Positions 55,883 to 63,981 of a DNA stretch of 64,000 nucleotides are shown in pieces. Numbering within the stretch: position 1 is the first letter of the stretch; each line of letters opens with the position of its first letter. Under the pieces are notes generated by a model. It did no database searches and was not told the origin of the DNA. It saw only the letters and a list, made by a program, of their open reading frames with translations. The stretch comes from an uncultured Synergistales bacterium. GTDB lineage: Bacteria; Synergistota; Synergistia; Synergistales; Aminobacteriaceae. The position numbers and the translations under genes were made by a program. Where the stretch lies: assembly GCA_905235735.1 (NCBI GenBank), contig CAJOMU010000002.1, positions 12,482 to 76,481 on the forward strand, written 5' to 3'.

Positions 55883-56659
55883 GTGAAAAAGTTAATCGCA
55901 ATATCACTCATGTTGTCTCTATTAGCGGGTCAGGCATATGCACTCAGCGATAGATTGTTTCAGGTTGCCTTGCTTCAGTCCCTCATGCAGGGAGAATATG
56001 ACGGTGTAATCACTGTAGGCGAGTTGAAGGCTTACGGCGATACGGGCATAGGAACGTTTCAGTCAGTGAACGGTGAAATGATTGTGCTTGACGGTGTGGT
56101 CTACAGAGCATTATGGGACGGAAGCGTTGAAGTTGCTTCTGATGACGAGACTGTGCCGTTCTCAAACGTAACCTTCTTTGACGCTGACATACAGAAAGAA
56201 AATATCAAGGCCACATCATTTGATGACGTGAAGAAAATTCTGAATGCTATTGTTGACGAACACGGAAGAAATCAGTTCTACATGGCCAGGATTGACGGCG
56301 TAATGTCATCGATTCTTGTGCGCAGTGAGCTTGCACAGGAAAAACCCTATAAGACTCTTGACGTAGCACTGAAGACAGATCAGCGAGAATTCACATACGA
56401 AAATATTCGGGGAACTGTTGTTGCGTTATACTGCCCTGATTACATGGACGGACTTAACACTTACGGCTGGCATCTTCACTTTGTCTCTGAGGACAGGCAG
56501 AAGGGCGGACACGTTTTGAATCTTTCATTTGATAACGCAAAATTATCAATGGACATAATCAGCGAGTTCAGTATGATTGTTCCTAATCGTGAGAGCTTTA
56601 ACGATAAAGGCCTATCGTTGAACATGAAAGAGGCAATACAGCAGGTAGAAGGAAATTAA
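55883..56659 (+). CDS. alsD: Alpha-acetolactate decarboxylase-like protein with a predicted signal peptide
   Basis: Strong family resemblance (LFQVALLQSLMQGEYDG...YGDTGIGTFQSVNGEMIVLDG, IRGTVVALYCPDYMDGLNTYGWHLHFVSEDRQKGGHV). I placed the start at GTG 55883 after GGAGG. The N-terminus is VKKLIAISLMLSLLAGQAYA-LS. Confidence 0.8.
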   Translation: MKKLIAISLMLSLLAGQAYALSDRLFQVALLQSLMQGEYDGVITVGELKAYGDTGIGTFQSVNGEMIVLDGVVYRALWDGSVEVASDDETVPFSNVTFFDADIQKENIKATSFDDVKKILNAIVDEHGRNQFYMARIDGVMSSILVRSELAQEKPYKTLDVALKTDQREFTYENIRGTVVALYCPDYMDGLNTYGWHLHFVSEDRQKGGHVLNLSFDNAKLSMDIISEFSMIVPNRESFNDKGLSLNMKEAIQQVEGN

Positions 56660-56683
56660 ACGCGAAAGGAAGATACTAACACG

Positions 56684-57886
56684 ATGGAAAAGCATGAACT
56701 GGTTATCATCGGAGCAGGCCCGGCAGGAATGTCGGCGGCAATTTACGGAAGACGTTCGGGTCTTGATGTCCTTGTGCTTGAACGAGGAGCAACAGGCGGT
56801 CAGATAAACATTACGGACGAAATCGAAAATTATCCAGGCATTGCTCACGCTTCAGGCTCAGAACTTGGAGATATGCTGAAGGATCATGCGCTGAAATTCA
56901 ACACAGAGATTCGAATGGTAGACAGCAGTAAAGTTGAGTTACGCGGCGACAAGAAGATAGTCATCACGAAGAAGAGCGGAGAGACTAACGAGATTGAAGC
57001 CGAAGCAATAATCGTAGCAACAGGTGCACACTTCCGCAGGCTTGGCTGTGAAGGTGAAGCAGAACATATCGGTCAAGGTGTGAGCTTCTGTGCTGTATGT
57101 GACGGTGCATTCTTTGAGGACTTAGATGTTGCTGTTGTCGGAGGAGGAAACACGGCAGTCGAAGAAGGAACGTATTTAACGAAATTTGCATCGAAGGTTT
57201 ACATCATTCACAGACGAGATGAATTCAGAGCAGACAGAGCGGCAATCGCACAGGCACTTTCAAACCCGAAAATTGAGCCGGTCTATAACACTGTCGTTGA
57301 GAAAATTGAAGGCGACGGTATGGTAGAAAATCTCGTCCTAAAGAATGTACGGACAGGAGAGAAATCAAATCTCAATGTCGCAGGTGTATTCATGTTCGTA
57401 GGCCAAGAACCTGATGATGAATGTGTACGAGGACTCGTTGATTCAGAAAAAGGCGGTTGGATTAAGACCAATGAGAAAATGGAAACATCTGTTGAAGGTA
57501 TCTTTGCGGCAGGAGACGTGAGAAGCAAATATCTGCGTCAGGTAATCACAGCGGCATCTGACGGTGCAGTTGCGGCAATGGCGGCAAGTTCATACATCAA
57601 TGAACAGTTACATCTTCGTTCGACGCTTCTTGATCCTGATGAAGTCAAAGCGTTCTTTTATTCGAGCATTGATGAATCACAGGTGAAACTCTCAAATGCT
57701 GTTGAGAATGCTGCGAAGTCCAAAGGCATAAACGTTCCTGTGATTGACGGTTACCGCAATGCAAGAATGACCGATAAACTTGGCCTAACGGATAAACTTC
57801 CTGCGATTGCGGTGATAAAGAAGGGAACAGTTGAGAAGGTTACGACAGTGAAAAGCGAATCGGAAATCGAAAACGCTTTGGCATAA
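56684..57886 (+). CDS. trxB: Thioredoxin-disulfide reductase with a ~90-aa C-terminal Trx-fold-like extension lacking CxxC
   Basis: GAGPAGMSAAIY, redox centre CAVCDG, GGGNTAVEE, GIFAAGDV. It is 400 aa against about 310-320 aa for typical TrxB. Confidence 0.88.
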   Translation: MEKHELVIIGAGPAGMSAAIYGRRSGLDVLVLERGATGGQINITDEIENYPGIAHASGSELGDMLKDHALKFNTEIRMVDSSKVELRGDKKIVITKKSGETNEIEAEAIIVATGAHFRRLGCEGEAEHIGQGVSFCAVCDGAFFEDLDVAVVGGGNTAVEEGTYLTKFASKVYIIHRRDEFRADRAAIAQALSNPKIEPVYNTVVEKIEGDGMVENLVLKNVRTGEKSNLNVAGVFMFVGQEPDDECVRGLVDSEKGGWIKTNEKMETSVEGIFAAGDVRSKYLRQVITAASDGAVAAMAASSYINEQLHLRSTLLDPDEVKAFFYSSIDESQVKLSNAVENAAKSKGINVPVIDGYRNARMTDKLGLTDKLPAIAVIKKGTVEKVTTVKSESEIENALA

Positions 57887-58063
57887 AAATTTTTTTGATG
57901 CAGGAGTTGCCGCAAGAAAACAGAAACATGATGATGTATAATTGCGTTGAGGCAATAAAAACATGAAAGGCTTTCACATGAATCTAATTCTTAACGCAAT
58001 TTTATTCTGACAATGACGGCTTAACAAATCCCGGTCGGGATTCAGGTTTAAGTCCTGCATGAA

Positions 58064-58103
58064 ACACGCTCTGACACGTAAAAAGTGTCGGGGTGTTTTT
58101 TAT
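58064..58103 (+). terminator. Intrinsic terminator or attenuator in the leader upstream of agcS
   Basis: ACAC-gctct-GACAC-gtaaaaa-GTGTC-ggg-GTGT is followed by TTTTTTATT. It lies 55 nt upstream of the agcS ATG and ~125 nt downstream of a TGTATAAT at 57935-57942. Confidence 0.6.
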
Positions 58104-58158
58104 TGTCGAAATTTTTATGCAATATCATTCAAAATATTTCACAGGAGGTTATGTTTTT

Positions 58159-59571
58159 ATGGATGAACTGTTAAAGCAAGTTTCAGAAGCTAACGGTTTT
58201 CTCTGGGGTACAAGTTTTCTCATTCCTCTTTTATGCGGCACAGGTTTATTCTTCACATTGAGACTCGGTTTCGTTCAGATCTCGAAGTTCGGTGCGGCAT
58301 GCAGAAAACTCTTCGGTGATTTCTCATTATTCGGTGAAGCTGCGGGCAAGCATGGCATGAGTTCATTTCAGGCACTTGCAACAGCAATAGCTGCACAGGT
58401 CGGCACAGGAAATCTCGCAGGAGCAATGACCGCATTAGTCTCAGGAGGACCAGGCGCAATATTCTGGATGTGGGTTGCTGCGTTCTTCGGAATGGCTACG
58501 AATTTCGCAGAAGCATGTCTCGCTCAGTTATATCGTGAACGTGATGAGACAGGCCAAATTGTCGGAGGCCCTGCGTATTACATCTCAAGAGGACTGGGCA
58601 ATAATTCAATCTCGAAATTCCTCGCAGGTTTCTTCGCAGTCTCAATCATATTAGCACTTGGTTTCACTGGTAATATGGTTCAGGCTAATTCGATAAGTGA
58701 TGCGTTCAACGGTGCATTCGGATGGGATGTTAAAATCGTCGGAGGAGTTCTCGCACTCATAGCCGGATTAATTTTCATAGGAGGCGTTAAGAGAATCGCA
58801 TCCGTAACTGAAAAACTCGTTCCCATTATGGCCATAATGTATATCATTGTCGGTCTCGTTTTAATCATCATGAACATATCACATCTTCCTTCAGTGTTCG
58901 GTGAAATTTTCTCGTGCGCATTTGCTCCTCGTGCAGTTTGGGGAGGCATGGCAGGTGTAGCAGTTGCACAGGCAGCACGTTACGGAATAGCTCGCGGACT
59001 TTTCTCGAATGAGGCAGGTATGGGTTCTACTCCTCACGCGCATGCAGCTGCTAATGTGAATCATCCTGTTGAACAGGGCATACTCGGAATCATTGCTGTC
59101 TTCATTGATACATTTGTTGTTCTGAACATCACTGTCTTTACCGTAATGTCTTCAGGAGTACTTGAGAATAATTTTGCAGAAGGTGGAGCACAGCTTAAAG
59201 GCATATCATTAGTTCAGGCAGCATTTGCGAATCACTTCATGGGTTCATGGGGCTATCCGTTCATTGCAGTATGTCTTTTATTCTTTGCATTCTCGACTGT
59301 AATCGGCTGGTACTATTTCGGTGAGACTAATATACGTTATCTCTTTGGTGCTAAGGGACTTCTTCCGTATCAGATTCTCGTCATGATATTCATATTCACT
59401 GGAAGCATATTGAAGATTGATTTAGTCTGGGAGCTTTCTGATTTCTTCAATGGGATAATGGTAATTCCGAATTTGATTGCTATTCTGTTACTCAGCGGAA
59501 AAGTTGCAAGGTTACTCAAAGAATATAACGAAGGCATTGCTTACGATCGGCAAAAATTTTTGAAGGGTTAG
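58159..59571 (+). CDS. agcS: Alanine/glycine:cation symporter (AGCS family)
   Basis: Typical AGCS blocks (SSFQALATAIAAQVGTGNLAGAMTAL, GLFSNEAGMGSTPHAHAAA). I placed the start at ATG 58159 after AGGAGG. Confidence 0.88.
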   Translation: MDELLKQVSEANGFLWGTSFLIPLLCGTGLFFTLRLGFVQISKFGAACRKLFGDFSLFGEAAGKHGMSSFQALATAIAAQVGTGNLAGAMTALVSGGPGAIFWMWVAAFFGMATNFAEACLAQLYRERDETGQIVGGPAYYISRGLGNNSISKFLAGFFAVSIILALGFTGNMVQANSISDAFNGAFGWDVKIVGGVLALIAGLIFIGGVKRIASVTEKLVPIMAIMYIIVGLVLIIMNISHLPSVFGEIFSCAFAPRAVWGGMAGVAVAQAARYGIARGLFSNEAGMGSTPHAHAAANVNHPVEQGILGIIAVFIDTFVVLNITVFTVMSSGVLENNFAEGGAQLKGISLVQAAFANHFMGSWGYPFIAVCLLFFAFSTVIGWYYFGETNIRYLFGAKGLLPYQILVMIFIFTGSILKIDLVWELSDFFNGIMVIPNLIAILLLSGKVARLLKEYNEGIAYDRQKFLKG

Positions 59572-59614
59572 ATTTGATATAATTATCATTACGTCAAAGA
59601 AACCCTGAACGAAG

Positions 59615-59705
59615 GATACAAGAGAGAGCCTGAATTGAAAAACAGGCCGCCGAAGGTGCAAGCGTTAATCTTGAACGTGAAACTCTCAGGCAAAAGCATT
59701 GTATC
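59615..59705 (+). promoter_or_regulatory. Glycine riboswitch (single aptamer) upstream of grdX-grdE-grdB
   Basis: P1 is GATACAA (59615-59621) / TTGTATC (59699-59705). The core GAGAGAGCCTG...CAGGCCGCCGAAGGTGCAA...GAAACTCTCAGGCAAAAG matches the conserved glycine aptamer core (GGAGAG..CUG / CAGGCGCCGAAGGAGCAA / CUCUCAGGCAAAAG). A TGATATAAT promoter lies at 59575-59583. Confidence 0.85.
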
Positions 59706-59771
59706 TGGACAGACTTCTGAAGCCTATTGCTATACGGCAACAGATGCAGAAGACTTAAGGAGGGTTAAAGA

Positions 59772-60197
59772 ATGTACAAGCTCATCACCAATAATCCAGA
59801 ACTTCATCACGATGTCAAAAACTCAGAACTCATTGAAGGTTCTGCTCTTGATGTCCTGATTCATGTCCGAAGTCTTGTGCATTTAGGTTCTCACCTTTTA
59901 ACTCATCCTCTTTGCGGTAATCTCAGACCTAATCATCAGCCCTTCAGATCAATTCTGATTGATGAAAAAAATGGTCTCGCAGATTTGGATTCACTCTCAC
60001 TGATTGAAGAAGCTGTACGCATATATCAGTCATGCATGATAATCACTCCTGAAGAATTAGATTCATCAACACGAAATGATTACGCGTATATTGATTCTGA
60101 GTTAATGAGAGAGAGTTTAGGGCAGTATGGCATGATGAAAGATGCAAATATAAATGCTGCTCCATTATTGTTATTGAAGAAGGAGGTCTTAAATTGA
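59772..60197 (+). CDS. grdX: Glycine reductase operon protein GrdX
   Basis: 141 aa. The motif HLGSHLLTHPLCGNLRPNHQPFRSILI resembles the GrdX signature. It lies directly upstream of grdE. Confidence 0.65.
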   Translation: MYKLITNNPELHHDVKNSELIEGSALDVLIHVRSLVHLGSHLLTHPLCGNLRPNHQPFRSILIDEKNGLADLDSLSLIEEAVRIYQSCMIITPEELDSSTRNDYAYIDSELMRESLGQYGMMKDANINAAPLLLLKKEVLN

Positions 60198-61489
60198 AAC
60201 TTGAATTGCACAGACTGAGCATAAAATCTCTGAAGTTTGGAGACAATACCGGCTTCAAAGACGGAACGCTCACGGTAAACAAGGCAGAACTTCTTGAAAT
60301 GATTTCTGAAGATCCGCTTTTGGGTAAGAACATTGACGTTGATATTGCGATGCCCGGCGAGAAAACTCGAATCATTCCCGTTAAAGACGTAATAGAACCT
60401 CGCTGGAAAATCGAAGGAAGCGGTCAGGTATTTCCCGGAATGGTAAGCGATGTTGAAACTGTCGGTGAAGGAAAGACACTCGTGTTATCCGGCTGTGCTG
60501 TATTAACCGCAGGAAAGATAGTGCGTTTTCAGGAAGGCATTATCGATATGTCAGGGCCAGGTGCAGATTACACACCGTATTCAAAGACATGCAACGTAGT
60601 ACTCGTTCTTGAACCTTCAGACCCGAACATGGACAAGCACGATTACGAAAAGGCATGCAGAATAGCAGGACTGAAAGCAGCAGCATATCTCGCGAAGTCA
60701 TGTGCAGAAGCGGATTCAGAATCGGAGATTGAGACATACGAGTATGCAGACATTAAGACTGGAATGAATTCTCTTCCTGAACTCCCGAAGGTCGGTTATC
60801 TCTATATGTTGCAGACACAGGGACTTCTTCATGATACGTATCTTTACGGCGTTGATGTGAAGCGTATCCTTCCGACGATAATATCGCCTCTCGAAGTAAT
60901 GGACGGAGCAATAGTATCGGGGAACTGTGTAAGTGCATGTGATAAGAACAGCACGTATTCACATCAGAATAACCCAGTTATCGCTGACATGTTGAAGAGA
61001 CACGGAAAAGATTTCAATTTTGTAGCATGCATAGTAACGAATGAGAATGTTACTCTCGCTGACAAACGAAGAAGTTCAAGTTACGCAACGAAACTCGCTC
61101 ATATGCTTGGCCTTGACGGAATCGTAATCACAGAAGAAGGTTTCGGAAATCCAGACGCAGATTTAATCATGAACTGCTGGAAGGCTGAGCGATATGGAAT
61201 CAAGACTGCGTTACTCACAGATGAATATGCAGGTCAGGACGGAGCATCACAATCACTTGCTGATTCATGTCCAGAAGGAAACGCTTGCGTTACGGCAGGA
61301 AATGCGAATGAAGTCATTCATCTTCCAGCAATGGAAAAAGTGATCGGCTACGCAGAAGAAGCTAACGTGATTGCAGGAGGGTGGAACGGTTCACTCTCAG
61401 AAGACGGAAGCATAACGGTTGAGCTTCAGGCAATAACAGGTTCAACAAGTGAACTGGGCTATACGAAACTCGGAGCATATACGCTTTAA
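60194..61489 (+). CDS. grdE: Glycine reductase complex protein B proprotein (alpha/beta subunits, pyruvoyl-forming)
   Basis: TTG start after AAGGAGG, 431 aa. The predicted self-cleavage context is AIVSGN-CVSACD. Confidence 0.85.
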   Translation: MKLELHRLSIKSLKFGDNTGFKDGTLTVNKAELLEMISEDPLLGKNIDVDIAMPGEKTRIIPVKDVIEPRWKIEGSGQVFPGMVSDVETVGEGKTLVLSGCAVLTAGKIVRFQEGIIDMSGPGADYTPYSKTCNVVLVLEPSDPNMDKHDYEKACRIAGLKAAAYLAKSCAEADSESEIETYEYADIKTGMNSLPELPKVGYLYMLQTQGLLHDTYLYGVDVKRILPTIISPLEVMDGAIVSGNCVSACDKNSTYSHQNNPVIADMLKRHGKDFNFVACIVTNENVTLADKRRSSSYATKLAHMLGLDGIVITEEGFGNPDADLIMNCWKAERYGIKTALLTDEYAGQDGASQSLADSCPEGNACVTAGNANEVIHLPAMEKVIGYAEEANVIAGGWNGSLSEDGSITVELQAITGSTSELGYTKLGAYTL

Positions 61490-61504
61490 TGTGAGGTGAT
61501 AGAT

Positions 61505-62809
61505 ATGGCATTCAGAGTTGTTCATTACATCAACCAGTTCTACGCCGGCATCGGTGGAGAAGAGAAAGCTGACTACATGCCTGAAATTCGTGAAGGTGTA
61601 GTTGGTCCGGGCATGGCGTTTAAGGGAGCGTTTAAAGGAGGAGCCGAGATAGTCGCAACAGTTATATGCGGAGATTCATATTTTGCATCGAACATGGACG
61701 AAGCCACTGCGAAGATACTCGATATGATTCGTGAGTACAAGCCTGATGCATTCATTGCAGGGCCAGCGTTCAATGCGGGACGTTACGGTACAGCATGCGG
61801 TGCAATGTGTGCGGCAGTCTCGAAGGAATTCAACATACCCGTAATCAGCGGAATGTACCCTGAGAATCCAGGCGTTGAGATGTACAAGAAGTATGCGTGG
61901 ATAATTGAGACCCCAGACAGTGCAGCGGGAATGAGGAAAGCTGTCCCTGCTATGGCAAAACTTGCATTGAAACTCCTCAAGGGTGAAGCAATCGGTAAAC
62001 CCTCAGATGAAGGTTATATCGAACGCGGAATCAGAAAGAACATGTTCTATGAAAAACTTGCGGCTGAAAGATGCGTTGATATGTTCGTGGCCAAGCTCAA
62101 AGGTGAAGCATTCGAGACGGAATATAAAATGCCCGTGTTCGACAGAGTAGACCCTCAGCCCGCAGTGAAGGACATGAAACATGCAGTGATAGCACTCGTT
62201 ACATCAGGTGGAATTTGTCCGAAGGGTAACCCGGATCATATTGAAGCGTCAAGTGCGAGCAAATTCGGTGAGTATGACATTACAGGTGTGAATGATCTGA
62301 CCAGTGAGACACACTGCACTGCACACGGTGGTTATGATGCTACATATGCTGACCAGAATGCGGACAGAGTTTTACCCGTTGATGTCATGAGAGACCTTGA
62401 GCGTGAAGGTGTAATTGGGAAACTTCACAACAAGTTCTATGCGACTGTAGGAAACGGGACATCAGTTGCCAATGCAAAGAAATTCGGTGCAGAGATAGTG
62501 AAGCGTCTTGTTGCTGACGGTGTTACTGCGGTCATTCTCACCTCAACCTGAGGAACATGTACGCGTTGCGGTGCAACGATGGTGAAAGAAATTGAGCGTG
62601 AGTTACCAGTTGTTCACATGTGCACGATAGTTCCGATTTCGCAGACTGTCGGAGCAAACAGAATCATTCCTACGATTGCTATTCCTCATCCGTTAGGTGA
62701 TCCCTCAAAGACACCTGAAGAAGAGAAAGCACTCAGAAGAAAACTTGTTGAACGTGCATTGAAGGCATTGCAGACAGAGATAACAGAGCAGACGGTCTTC
62801 ACAGAATAG
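61505..62809 (+). CDS. grdB: Glycine reductase complex selenoprotein B (in-frame UGA = Sec at codon 349)
   Basis: ORFs 61496-62551 and 62579-62809 are in the same frame. Read-through gives VILTST-U-GTCTRCGATMVKEIE, the canonical GrdB UxxCxxC motif. I placed the start at ATG 61505 after GAGGTGA. Confidence 0.92.
62549..62551 (+). other. In-frame UGA (selenocysteine) codon of grdB
   Basis: The frame continues on both sides, and the motif TST-U-GTCTRCG is conserved. Confidence 0.9.
62564..62578 (+). promoter_or_regulatory. Candidate SECIS hairpin of grdB
   Basis: CGTTGC-GGT-GCAACG forms a 6-bp stem with a GGU loop. It starts 12 nt after the UGA. Confidence 0.45.
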
Positions 62810-62846
62810 AAATAGAATCGAAGAACAGAATAAAATTTTGTTATTG

Positions 62847-62888
62847 CACTCCCCTGTTTTAATGTTAAATTAGGGGAGTGAATTTTTT
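62847..62888 (+). terminator. Intrinsic terminator after grdB
   Basis: A CACTCCCCT / AGGGGAGTG stem is followed by AATTTTTT. Confidence 0.8.
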
Positions 62889-62907
62889 ATAAGGAGGTTT
62901 CATTTTC

Positions 62908-63981
62908 ATGGACAAGACTTTAACGTCTAAACATGGCCCTTGTATTGCTGGAGGCCTCATCGGCTTAATCGCTGTGGCTCTCGTACACTTCGGCAATCCG
63001 GGCAATATGGGTTTCTGTGTCGCATGTTTCACCAGAGACATTGCAGGCGCATTAGGTTTTCACAGAGCAGGTATCGTTCAGTACATTCGGCCTGAGATAC
63101 CCGGCTTCATTCTCGGTTCATTCATTTCATCTTTAATCTTCCGTGAATATTCCCCAAGAGGCGGTTCATCTCCAGCAGTACGATTCGGTCTCGGAATGTT
63201 CGCTATGCTCGGTGCATTAGTGTTCTTAGGCTGCCCCTGGAGAGCGTATCTTCGTGTTGCAGGCGGTGATTGGAATGCTCTTTACGGTTTAGGAGGATTA
63301 ATCGTAGGAATCTTCATCGGAATAATATTCTTATGGAACGGTTTCAGTCTCGGTGCTTCAGAATCAAATCCAAAAGCTGCAGGTCTCATTATGCCGTTGA
63401 TAGCGATTGCTCTTCTTGCATTACTCTTCATCGCTCCTAAGTTCGGCGATAATGCTCCTGTCTTCTTTTCATCATCAGGGCCAGGTTCAATGCACGCACC
63501 CGTTCTAATGGCATTAGGTGCAGGATTGATTGTAGGATGGCTAGCACAGAGGAGCAGGTTCTGTACTGTAGGAGCAGTTCGTGATTTCCTCATGATGGGT
63601 GATGCTTATCTCCTCAAAGGCATAATCTCATTCACACTCGTAGCCTTCGTTGCTAATTATGCACTCGGAACATTCAAGCCGGGATTTGAATCACAGCCTG
63701 TAGCACACACAAATGAACTCTGGAACTTTCTCGGAATGGTTCTCTCTGGTTTAGCGTTCACACTTGCAGGAGGTTGTCCGGGCAGACAGTTAATCATGGC
63801 AGGTGAGGGTGATTCTGACGCGGGAATATTCGTGATTGGTATGCTCACAGGTGCAGCTGTGGCTCATAACTTCTCGGCGGCATCATCAGGTGCAGGCATA
63901 GGTGCGTATGGAATTCACGTTACAATTATCGGGTTAGTTTTCTGTGCGTTCGTTGGATTATGTTTCAGGGACAGGGGGTAA
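62908..63981 (+). CDS. yedE: YedE-family putative selenium/sulfur-compound transporter
   Basis: 357 aa, polytopic, with two conserved Cys-containing motifs (GFCVACFTRD, RFCTVGAVRD) and GGCPGRQ. A further ORF starts at the ATG at 63988 and is cut by the window edge. Confidence 0.75.
   Translation: MDKTLTSKHGPCIAGGLIGLIAVALVHFGNPGNMGFCVACFTRDIAGALGFHRAGIVQYIRPEIPGFILGSFISSLIFREYSPRGGSSPAVRFGLGMFAMLGALVFLGCPWRAYLRVAGGDWNALYGLGGLIVGIFIGIIFLWNGFSLGASESNPKAAGLIMPLIAIALLALLFIAPKFGDNAPVFFSSSGPGSMHAPVLMALGAGLIVGWLAQRSRFCTVGAVRDFLMMGDAYLLKGIISFTLVAFVANYALGTFKPGFESQPVAHTNELWNFLGMVLSGLAFTLAGGCPGRQLIMAGEGDSDAGIFVIGMLTGAAVAHNFSAASSGAGIGAYGIHVTIIGLVFCAFVGLCFRDRG

Noticed and set aside
58030-58075. T-arm-like sequence CAGG-TTTAAGT-CCTG preceded by the hairpin ATCCC-GGTC-GGGAT, considered as the missing tRNA-Sec (selC) near the sel genes.
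   Set aside because: There is no matching acceptor stem: the complement of CATGAAAC is absent upstream. No anticodon arm with a CUUCAAA loop is present, and the candidate loop would read CTTAACA with unpaired flanks. I treated it as part of the agcS leader instead.
59635-59859. 74-aa ORF in the track upstream of and overlapping grdX.
   Set aside because: It lies on the glycine riboswitch aptamer and expression platform, has no RBS, and overlaps the grdX start in another frame.
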